Assembly: GCA_951406725.2 (NCBI GenBank)
Contig: OX597814.1
Location: 129,518,001 to 129,582,000 of the forward strand
Length of the DNA: 64,000 nucleotides
Origin: Octopus vulgaris
Lineage: Eukaryota
Direction: 5' to 3'
Position 1 is the stretch's first letter; every line of letters begins with the position of its first letter. The position numbers and the translations under genes were made by a program. The notes beneath the pieces are model-generated. The model saw only the letters and a list, made by a program, of their open reading frames with translations. It made no database searches and was not told the DNA's origin. Below, in pieces: positions 38,685 through 49,359 of the stretch.

Positions 38685-39441
38685 CTGAAACATAAAAGAT
38701 GTAGAAAGGATGAAAGATGAAATGAATCTGGTAGGGATTTACAATTGAAGGGGTGCTACAAAATATCAAAAGGTATCTTTGACCTACGCTCTGTCAGCTC
38801 TACATTCTAATGTGCTATGATGACGGTAGGGATAATGATGATGATGGTGGTGGTGGTGGTGGTTGTGGTGGCAGTGGTGGTGGTGGTGATGATGATGTAA
38901 TGATGATGTTGGTGATGATAACAAAGAGGAGGAGGATGATAGTAATAATGATGATGACAACAATGATGATGATGACAAAGATAATGATGATAAAGATGGT
39001 GATGGTAATGGTGACCATAGTGGTGGTGGTGGTGGTGGTGGTGGTGGTGACAGTGATGATGATGGTGATAATAATGATCGCAGTAATGATAATGACGGTG
39101 ATGATGAAGATGATGGCTATGATGGTCACAACAGCAACATTTTTCTAATGGACACCTAACTTCATACAAAAATAGGAAGTTGTAATGCTCATTCTTAAAC
39201 AAATGCACTTTATCAGTCGTTCATAAGAAACAGTCGTACAAAAATGGAACTGGGACAGAGGTAATGGACACCAGCCAGCAGGGACATTTTAAATGCCTTT
39301 ATAGACCCATGGGCAAAGTAATACACGAGGGACCCTACATACAAAATCACAGTATTCATAGATGAGTGCTGTACTTCCTAGATTTGTGGTGCACCCCAGG
39401 ACAACTGCTGAAGGTGTCCACACCTTAAGATGGTACAGTCT

Positions 39442-39969
39442 GGTGGCGAGTTGGCAGAAACGTTAGCACGTTAGCAGTATTTTGTTTGCTGTTACATTCT
39501 GAGTTCAAATTCCGCCAAGGTTGACTTTGCCTTTCATCCTTTCAGGGTCGATAAATTAAGTACCAGTTACGCACTGGGGTCGATATAATTGACTTAATCC
39601 CTTTGTCTGTCCTTGTTTGTCCTCTCTGTGCTTAGCCCCTTGTGGGCAATAAAGAAATAAAAAATGTTAGCAGGCTGGTCGAAATGCTTCGTGGTATTTC
39701 GTCTATCTTTATGCTTCTATTTCTTTATTTTTAAGGCGGCGAGCTGGCAAAAACATTAGCATGCCAGGTGAAATGCTTAGCGGTATTTCGCTTGCTATTA
39801 CGTTCCGAGTTCAAATTCCACCGAGGTCAACTTTGCCTTTCATCCTTTCAGGGACGATAAATTAAGTACCAGTTATGCACTGGGCTCGATGTAATCGACT
39901 TAATCCCTTTGTCTGTCCTTGTTCGTCCCCTCTATGTTTAGCCCCTTGTGGGCAATAAAGAAATAAGGC
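39442..39969 (+). mobile_element. Two tandem Meta-domain-type SINEs inside one target-site duplication
   Basis: ggcggcgagctggca..gagttcaaattcc..gaggtcaactttgcctttcatcctttcaggg..aataaagaaataa twice; ggtacagtctg at 39432-39442 and 39970-39980. Confidence 0.8.
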
Positions 39970-41124
39970 GGTACAGTCTGTCAGAATTGATCATAAAGGG
40001 AATCAGTCATAGTATTACTAAACCACCACCCACTGCCCACCCGTCACTACTTCTATAAAAAATACAGAGTTATTAAGTTAATTGCCTTTATATGGCAAAA
40101 GCAGTAATAATCATAGCAAAGTAAATGAGATCTTCAGGTCACTGCTGCTGCTACTGCCACTGCCACCACTGCTACCATTGCCTCCAGTATTATCAATATG
40201 ACGACCCCAATTATTACAATTAACATTGCCATAATCATCTTTTTTCCCTGCCTGTATCATCATCAGTATGACAACTGCAATCATCATCATTATCATCATC
40301 ATCATTGTTTAACACCTTTTTTCCATTCTGGCATGGACTGGAAATTGTCATTATTTTTACTACCATCAAAATCTTCACCAAAACCATCACCATCTGCAGC
40401 AGCAGCACTAGCCCCAGCAGCACCAGCACTAGCACCACCACCACCACCAGCACCACCACAACCACCACCACCACCACCACCACTACCACCACCACCACTA
40501 GGGAAAAGTACTATTGTCATTTACCTAATATCTTTAACCTCATTTTCCTCACCAACCAGAAAGATAACTTGCAGACCTGATCATCAAATGTCAAATGGTC
40601 AAGCAATAAATGCTATTTAAATCCATCATAACCCTAAGGATGATCTGTCAGCTAGTGGTCACTTAGATGATGCAGTATTCTTTAATTTGAAGCTGGTCAA
40701 TAGACAACAATTAGCTATTGAAAAGTCTTGAAATGTCAGAAATCAACAAGAGAACATGGTAAATAGATCTGACAGAAGCAGCTACAAAATCATGCTAAAA
40801 AGGGAATGAACCAACAAGGGAGACGTGGACTCTGCAATCCTCAGTGCAGGCAACCTGTCTAGGAAAACAGTAACTCTGAAAAAAACCGTTGACACAGGGT
40901 TACAAAAAACTGTTAACTCCTACAGCAGGGATGCTGAATAAGAGATGTTTTGGCACAGCTGTTTGGCACTGTTAATTTGATGCTGGCATTAGGTGTTTTA
41001 ATGTTTCTCTCATTTAATGTTTTCCTTGTTCTCTTCTTCCGCTCTCTTTCTCCTTTGCTGTTTATGTGTGTGAAGATATTTCTCTTTGTGCGTCTGAGGA
41101 GGGGGAAAATGTTTATGTGGCATA

Positions 41125-41312
41125 AGCACAGGAGTGGCTGTGTGGTAAGTAGCTTGCTTACCAACCACATGGGTCTGGGTTCAGTCTGACTGTGTGGCAC
41201 CTTGGGCAAGTGTCTTCTACTATAGCCTCAGGCTGGTCAAAGCCTTTGAGTGGATTTGGTAGACAGAAACTGAAAGAAGCCCGTCATATATATATATATA
41301 TATGTATATACT

Positions 41313-41398
<86 letters not shown>

Positions 41399-41527
41399 GT
41401 ATGTGTGTGGATATGTTTGTGTGTCTGTGTTTGACCCCCAGCATCACTTGACAACCGATGCTGGTGTGTTTACATTCCCATAACTTAGCGGTTTGGCAAA
41501 AGAGACTGATAGAATAAGTACTAGGCT
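41125..41527 (+). mobile_element. Microsatellite-containing SINE (family of 15988)
   Basis: Colinear with 15988-16360. Confidence 0.85.
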
Positions 41528-41909
41528 TTTAACATCCATTTTCCATGCTGGCATGGGTTGGATGGTTTGACAAGGTATGGCTTAACAGAAAACTGCACTA
41601 CACTTCACTGTCTGTTTTGGTATGGTTTTTACTGCTGGATGCCCTTCCTAACAGCAAGCACCTTACAGAGTGGACTGTAGGCACGGGTATGGCTGTTTGA
41701 TTAAGAAACTTGCTTCTCAACTACATGGTTTTGGGTTCAGTCCCACCATGTGGCACCTTGAGCATGTATCTTTTGCTATAGCCTTGGGCTAACCAAAGCC
41801 CTGTGATTGAATTTGGTAGGCAGAAGTTCCTGTTGTGCCACCTAACAGTGAGGAAGAAAAGATGTGTTATGTGTTATATATATATATTATATATATATAT
41901 ATATATATA

Positions 41910-42270
41910 CTCTCTTACTTGTTTCAGTCATTTGACTGCCGCCATGCCTTTAGTCGAGCAAATCGACCCCAGAACTTATTCTTTGTAAGCCTAGTACTTA
42001 TTCTAATGGTCTGTTTTGCTGAACCGCTAAGCTACGGGGATGTAAACACACCAGCATCGGTTGTCAAGCAATGTTGGAGGGGACAAACACAGACAGACAA
42101 ACATATACATATATATGACTGGATTCTTTCAGTTTCCATCTACCAAATCCACTCACAAGGCTTTGGTCAGCCTGAGGCTATAGTAGAAGATACTTGCCCA
42201 AGGTGCCATGCAGTGGGACTGAACCTGAAACCATGGGGTTTGTAAGCAAGCTACTTACCACACAGCCACC
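41910..42270 (-). mobile_element. Microsatellite-containing SINE (family of 15988)
   Basis: Reverse-complement match; inverted relative to the 41125 copy about 380 bp away. Confidence 0.85.
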
Positions 42271-42276
42271 CTACGC

Positions 42277-42317
<41 letters not shown>

Positions 42318-42361
42318 AGAGAGAGAGAGAGAGAGATAGTGCTACACACAGCCACCTTAGC

Positions 42362-42445
<84 letters not shown>

Positions 42446-42710
42446 TAGGCGTAGGGTGGCTGTGTGGTAAGTAGCTTTTTTATATATTTTTAAAATTTTT
42501 ACTCTTTTGAAATTTTTGCTCTTTTACTACCTTTTGCACCCACCACCCTCCCTCTTTGTGATCCCCAACTCACTAAAGATTCAACCCCACCAACCCATTT
42601 CCCTCTCTATCTCAACATCCAAACTTCCTCATTCTACATCGAGTGAAAGACGAGATGGACGCTTCATTTTTGTGCTGGTGCCCCACTCTGTCGTACGCGA
42701 CTGTGAAGAT

Positions 42711-43052
42711 TTCCACTGTAACTAGGTAAATAAAATCTTCGAACAGATGGTCAGTAGTGACACTTGCTGGTTCTGACTACACTGCATTGATAAAGGGCAA
42801 CAACCCTGAAACATGTCTGCAGATGTCTGACTAGCAAGGTGAAGCGGCTGACCTCCCCTGTTCGAAGGTTGCAATGGACGCAGGTTCGTGTGTCATATAG
42901 CTAGCTAGAGGCGGTGGCCTCTTGGAGCTAATCAGCAACAGCTTTAGTCTTATATTTAGACTGCCATATTAGTATGGCGATAACTATTAATATCCAGTAA
43001 TGCTGCCATAATCTCCTTTAGAGAGACTTAGTAATTTTAATATTTCTATTAT
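42711..43052 (+). mobile_element. Hammerhead-containing non-coding repeat, family A (copy 1)
   Basis: Colinear with 51403-51690 followed by the continuation seen at about 51325-51384; ends in (AT)n. Confidence 0.8.
42782..42822 (+). ncRNA. Minimal type I hammerhead ribozyme, U3-A8 core variant
   Basis: ctgca TTGATAA aggg caacaa ccct GAAA catg TC tgcag: 5-bp stem I, 4-bp stem II, palindromic acatgt stem III, GTC site ending 42817. Confidence 0.8.
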
Positions 43053-43218
43053 GTATATATATATATACACATATATATATACATATATATACATATATAT
43101 ATATTTATGTATGTATATATATATATGTGTATATAAAAATTCAGGGTGAATACTTGATAATTGTAAGCACCTGTATATACCATTTATTGGTGTAGGTGGT
43201 AGAGTATATTAATCAAAA

Positions 43219-43792
43219 TAAAAACATGATGCCAAGGATTCAGCGGCACATATGTTTCGGGCCTTTATTAGACGGATTTATATATTTACTTATTTATTTA
43301 TATATTTATATACTTAGATACTCTTTTTATATTCTTATATGTTTTTTTATATTCTTATATTTTTTTTATATTCTTATATTTTTTTATATTCTTATATCTT
43401 TTTTATATATTTTTTTAAATTTTACTCTTTTGAAATTTTTGCTCTTTTACTATCTTTTGCACCCACCACCCTCCCTCTTTGTGATCCCCAATTCACTAAA
43501 GATTCAACCCAACCAACCCCTTCCCTCTCTATCTCAACATCCAAACTTCCCCATTCTACATCGAGTGAAAGACGAGATGGACGTTTCGTTTTTGTGCTGG
43601 TGCCCCACTCTGTCGTACGCGACTGTGAGGATTTGCATCCCCAACGTAAAACTTATAATGTAATACATGTCCTTGAAGTAGTAATTGTACGCGGCTGAAG
43701 AAGGCCATAGACACACATTATGCATTGTTATAAATCCGTCTAATAAAGGCCCGAAACATATGTACCGCTGAATCCTTGGCATCATGTTTTTA
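43219..43792 (+). mobile_element. Hammerhead-containing Penelope-like element, family B, with inverted terminal copy
   Basis: 43219-43282 is the reverse complement of 43729-43792; 43405-43635 duplicates 42480-42712; (TA)n nearby on both sides. Confidence 0.75.
43691..43768 (+). ncRNA. Type I hammerhead ribozyme motif with extended stem II
   Basis: gcgg CTGAAGA a ggcc a tagac...gtcta ataaa ggcc c GAAA catatg TA ccgc: 4-bp stem I, palindromic acatatgt stem III, GTA site ending 43764. Confidence 0.75.
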
Positions 43793-43881
43793 TGTATGTG
43801 TATATATATATATATAAATGGCGGTGCCCCAGCATGGCCACAGCTCAAGAGCTGAAACTGGAAAACATAAACATAAACATA

Positions 43882-44063
<182 letters not shown>

Positions 44064-44654
44064 CACACACATCTATCCATTAAGTTATCTAGTAATATCT
44101 GTTGGCACCAGTCTTTCTTTATTTGTCGACAATGAAGTTACGAAGAAATGTTTATAAATACATGTGTGTGAGTGTGTATGTGTACATGCATTTGTTTCTG
44201 CATGTGTGTGTATATACAAAAAAAGGGCTGCTGTAATAGTATAGCATCTCAGATAAAGTGAACAGGTTCAAAACAGTAACTCTAACTGGGTTATGAGCTG
44301 ACTTGGTTCATGAAGGGCTAAGCCACTTGTTCCGCATCACTTGACATCTTCTTTGATCTCTTCACAAGTGAGTAGTATCAGTGTTTTAGTTAGAGAGAGA
44401 TTAAGAGATGCTAAGTGTCTAGTAATAAATTTGTCCAATAATTACTTCATGCTTAATGAACGATGTCTGCAAAGTTTCTGAAAATAGTAGCATGTTATGT
44501 GATCTAGACAGTAGCAGAAGCAAAGATCAAATATGAGTATGGAGTAAAGTTTTTCTTTCTTTTCTTTAAAAGTTGCCACTTGTGGTAAAAAGATACAAAA
44601 AAGAAAAAAGAAACCCCAGAAAATTTTGAGGTAATAGGACTTGCAATGTAATAC

Positions 44655-44755
44655 CTCCGAGCTGATGTTCTTTAAAAGTATGTTGGCATTTGTAGTGTGA
44701 AAAGTCCCAGATTTTCACAGTTTTGTCTCCACCACATGTTGCCAGATGGTTTCCA
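44655..44755 (-). CDS. SPAG16: SPAG16 coding exon (WD40)
   Basis: tttcAG/GTatt; GNHLATCGGDKTVKIWDFSHYKCQHTFKEHQLG; 101 nt. Confidence 0.95.
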
Positions 44756-44839
44756 CTGAAATAAATAAGGGAGATTTTAGAAAGGGAGAAAACTCTAAGA
44801 AAAAGTTCTCAAGAAGCCAAAAAGGATATACCAGTTTAA

Positions 44840-45060
44840 CTCTTTAGTGTTCACATTATTCTGCCAAAATTAATCCTTTTTTATCCACATTGTTTTGAAC
44901 TAATCATACGTTATGTTGTAGCTTAGAGATTTTGATGAGGTAACTGTTAACTTTTAAAATGATATTGTAGGGTTGGTGTGAGAGACCAAATCTGGCCAGT
45001 TTGAACATAAAATAGGCAGAGTACTTTTGGCCGGATATGGCCGGTTTAAAAGCTAAAGGG
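44840..45060. mobile_element. piggyBac-type MITE
   Basis: TTAA on both sides (44836-44839 and 45061-45064); termini ctctttag / ctaaaggg; inverted relative at about 53378-53605, looser ones at 36441 and 37763-37960. Confidence 0.7.
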
Positions 45061-45757
45061 TTAAAATATCTTGCTTTGGATCCTCAACTCATCTGTTGTA
45101 GTAATACTATTTTAACATATCGTTTGTCTTGGGTGTGTAAACTTGGTCTGACTATAGTGGATTTCTTAACACTTCAGGTTTCACAATAATGGATTTCTTA
45201 ACACAGACACATGCAGAAAGAGAATGGGAGAGGGAGGGAGAGAGAAGAGAAGGAGAAAGAGCGGGAGAGAGGAAAAGAGTGGAAGAGAGTTAGGGGGTAG
45301 AGTGACAGAAAGAGAACTAGCCTGTATCAGACTATATCTTAAACTTATTTATTGGCCCTGAGAAAGATGAAAGACAAAGATGACCTCAGCGGCATTTGAA
45401 CTCAAGAATATAGGCAGCTAGAAGGAATACTGCAAGGCACTCTAACCAATGCTTTAATGCACTAATGGCTGCAAATTTGCCACTTTGAGTATGAAAAGAT
45501 AAAAAATGTAAAATGTAATGTAAAAATATAAATTTACTTTTAAGACCATTCGAGCATGGCTGATGCCAGTGCTGCTTGACCGGCTCCCATCCCGGTGGCA
45601 CATAAAAAGCACCATTAATATCTGTATACATGCAAACAGAGTGGAAGCAAAGACTGAAGACTTTTGGATGATGACTTTTTAAGTATTGTTATATAAATAT
45701 TTATATTAATTCGAAGATTAGATAATTAGGGTCTCATTTGTTTACAGTACAGAAATA

Positions 45758-47026
45758 ATTGGTCATCCCATAAATAATGCGATTTTTAAAATTCTTCTTT
45801 TATTTTTCAGAATTAAGATAAACAAGGCCCTCTTTTAATCTAAAATATACTCTCCTTCATTTTCCACAATGCTCTTCCATCTATCTGGTAGACTTGCAAG
45901 ATCTCTCTACTAAAATTCACTTGCCCATGACAAAAAATACTCCTCCAGTATTGTTCTGATCTTGTCTACAGAATTCATATATTTTCGTCGAAATGATTTT
46001 GAAGACAGTGAAATAGATGATAATCAGATGGGGCAATGTCCGGCAAATATGGTGGGTGGGACATCGTTTCTCATTCAAGATGCTCCAGCCTTTGGAATGT
46101 CATCCTTGCTGTATGTGGTCAAGCATTAACCTGATGGAAGAACATTTTTCATCTTGAAACCTAAGATGGTAATTTTTCTTCTAGTGCTGACTGAAGTCAC
46201 TCAAGCTGCTCACAGTAGATCTCTTTTGTTATCATTTGATTTGGGTTTAAAAGTTCAAAGGGGACTAAATCTTCCATATACCACCAAACAGATAACAACC
46301 TCCTTTAGCCTGGGGTGCTGGTATTTCTCCTTTCCCTACCCACTGTATTTGGTGCTTGACATTTTATAGAGAACCCATTTCTTGTCACCAGTCACTATTC
46401 AGTCCAAAAAAGGTTTATTTGTGAAACATGACAGCAAAGAAGAGCACACATTCACTCTCTGCATGCAATTAGACTTGGAATATTTGTGAAGAATCCATTG
46501 ATTCAATTTGCTGAATTCTCTCATGGCACGCAGGTGTCGATGGATGGTTGAATTAGCAATCCCAAGCTTCTCTGCTAGTTCTTCAACAGTTATGATGGGA
46601 TTATATTCCACCAGAGTTAGCAGGATGTCTTCATCAAACACTAGAGATCTTCTAGGACCAGGCTTGTCTTCTAGGCTGTAGTTTCCAGCTCAGAATTTCT
46701 GGAACCATCATTGATACTGTCCTACGCTTATTGTCCAATCCCCATATACTGAATTAATATTCCTCACACTTACCATTGCATTGTTACCTTTATTGAATTC
46801 ATGAAACAAAAGCATACTGAATATGCTCCTTTGTCACTTCCATTATAACTTTGGGAACACAACAGTCAAAATCGAACTGCCCTCTTCAAAACTTGCACTA
46901 AGAATAAGTACAAGATAAAATTACTACCTGCTTTTATTGCAAATTAATGCAGGTAGTTTATCCTGTCTCCCTCTCACTTTTAGTTCATTCAATTGAAAAA
47001 AGTGCATTATTTATGGGATGACCCAA
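45758..47026 (-). mobile_element. Full-length (about 1.27 kb) degenerate mariner
   Basis: TIRs ttggtcatcccataaataatgc / gcattatttatgggatgacccaa-TA; MEVTKEHIQY start near 46843, TVEELAEKLG..WILHK, GDKKWVL, HPPYLPDIAPSDYHLF with multiple lesions. Confidence 0.92.
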
Positions 47027-47427
47027 TACATTATTATAATTTAAAGTGTGACAAGTGCATGTTGAGGAGGTCAAATACAAGAGAAACATGCCCAGAGTCA
47101 TCACCATACTCGCCAAAGATCAAACTCACTCCTCACTGGATTCTCCATTCAAATTTAAGCTAACTTTAGTTAAACCAAATTTTGGAGTTGTCTCCTCAAC
47201 TTCTCTTGACCCAAAGTATTTATTCTGGCTCATTGTGTTCTGAGTTCAGATCCCATCAAAGCTGACTTTGGTTTAATACCATTGCTTGATCTTAAGGTGC
47301 CTTTAGTGAAGTCCATTCTGTTGTGAAATTTGTGGCCAGGTCTTCAGTTTGAGGATACTTCCCTCCAACTCTGAAAAGGATCATAGGCACTGTTTTTCTC
47401 CTGATTAGGCAATAATCAGGTATTTAA

Positions 47428-47692
47428 AGGGAAAAAAATTGGCAAGACAGTCAGTCACCCACTGACACTCGTTGACACTACATTGAAGAGGCCAGGGAAC
47501 AGAAGAAAGAAGACATGCACACAACACTAGAGCTGAAGACACCTCTGAAAGGGAAGGGGGCCCACCATGTCAAAACGGTAGAGGAGTAGGGGTTGAAACT
47601 GGACGTGGTTCCTCCTGATGATTTCTTGAGCTAACTGGATCCTATAAAGGAGCTGTTGTGGTAGCAGACCACGAAACACGGTTGAAATTCCT
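47428..47692. mobile_element. TTAA-flanked MITE with AGG...CCT termini (Kolobok-like)
   Basis: ttaa|agggaaaa...gaaattcct|ttaa; second closely similar copy at about 56924-57191. Confidence 0.55.
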
Positions 47693-47761
47693 TTAAATAA
47701 ATGAATAACGAACAACATGCTGATGGCCTTACTAAGGCTGATGCTGAACAGGTGTACTTAC

Positions 47762-47905
47762 TCATCGTTAAATGCACAGTCTGCTACCCATTCAGTATGT
47801 CCTTCACCGGTCACTATCAATTCACCTGCTGGCATTGACCATAATTTCCAGGTCTTATCATCACTGGCTGTAGCGAGGAGCTTCGACTTTGGTTGGAGAC
47901 ACACA
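47762..47905 (-). CDS. SPAG16: SPAG16 coding exon (WD40)
   Basis: ctgtAG/GTaagt; VCLQPKSKLLATASDDKTWKLWSMPAGELIVTGEGHTEWVADCAFND; 144 nt, phases fit both neighbours. Confidence 0.95.
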
Positions 47906-48089
47906 CTACAGAGGAGGAATGGAATGAAACAGAAAGGTTTAGAGAAAAATAACCTCAAGCACAAATATGTGGAAGACAGGTTCACTATCTAGGTTTGGAC
48001 CCACAGTGTGGCGTCTTGGGTAAATTGTGAGTTGAACAATACTTTATGGGGTGAAAATATCATAGAGAAAAACTATGTGGAAGCACATT

Positions 48090-48730
48090 GTGTGTGTGTA
48101 TTTGGGTGAATGCGTGTGTGTGTATGTGTGTCTGTGTATTTGGGTGCATGTGTGTACATGTAGGTAAGTGTGCATATGTGTGTGTGTGTGTGATTGTGTG
48201 TGTGTGTTTGAATGTGTATATCTGTGTGTGTGTATTTGGGTGCATGTGTGTACATGTAGGTATGTGTGCATATGTGTGTGTGTGTGCATGTGTGTGTATG
48301 TGTTTGAATGTGTATATCTGTGTATGTGTGTGTGTGTATTTGGGTGCATGTGTGTACATGTAGGTATGTGTGCATATGTGTGTGTGCATGTGTGTGTATG
48401 TGTTTGAATGTGTATATCTGTGTATGTGTGTGTGTATTTGGGTACATGTGTATGCATGTGAGTATGCGTGCATATGTGTGCATGTGTATGTATGTGTTTG
48501 AATGTGTATATCTGTGTATGTGTGTATGTGTATTTGAGTGCATGTGTGTGCATGTGGGTATGTGTGCGTGTGTGTATGTGTGTGTATGTGTTTCAATGTA
48601 TATATCTGTGTGTGTTTGTGTGTATTTGGGTGCATGTTTGTACATGTGGGTGTGTATGCATATGTGTGTGTGTGTGCATGTGTGTGTGTATGTGTGAGCA
48701 TGTGTGCATGTGTGTGTGTGTGTGTGTGTG
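48090..48730. repeat. TG-rich minisatellite with a unit of about 95-105 bp
   Basis: tgtatttgggtgcatgtgtgtacatgtagg...tttgaatgtgtatatctgtg recurs at about 48135, 48231, 48335, 48433, 48528 and 48621. Confidence 0.85.
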
Positions 48731-49359
48731 AAGAGGAGCTTTTCAGTTACAATTTATTAAAGTATATTCTTTTGAATTGAGTCCTGTAATTTATTGTTCC
48801 TGGTCCGTCAACAGAGATACAGGTATACATTTAAATGTATGGTGATATATTATATTGGCTTCCGTGCCGGTGGCATGTAAAAGGCACCCACAACACTCAC
48901 GGAGTGGTTGGTATTAGGAAGGGCATCCAGTTGTAGAAACACTGCCAGATAAGACAGGAGCCTGGTGCAGCCTCCTAGCTTCCCAGATCAAGGTTGAACC
49001 GTCCAACCCATGCTAGCATGGAAAACGGACATTAAACGATGATGATGATGATGATGATATATATATATATATTTGTATGCTCTTGATGTTCTCATTTGTA
49101 AAATGAATAAATAATATAGCATTATAATATCCGTAAGTTGATGAACAAACTGAATTTGTTACGGTAAAGATATTTCTTTACCTTCACCCATTTAATACAA
49201 TAAATGAATTAATTGCATTGCTATTAAAAACATTTGTGTATAAAAGAATCTGGGTACTTTACCAACAGTATATTGGATAATTGATATCCCATAGTGAGTT
49301 ACATCCATAACCCCTATCTTACTTTGTACTATATATATATATATATATAAGTATATATA

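Noticed and set aside
47610-47690. Hammerhead in the TTAA MITE (CTGATGA ... cacGAAAc)
   Set aside because: Stem I is only 2 bp and the core is not adjacent to the gtggt/accac hairpin in either copy.
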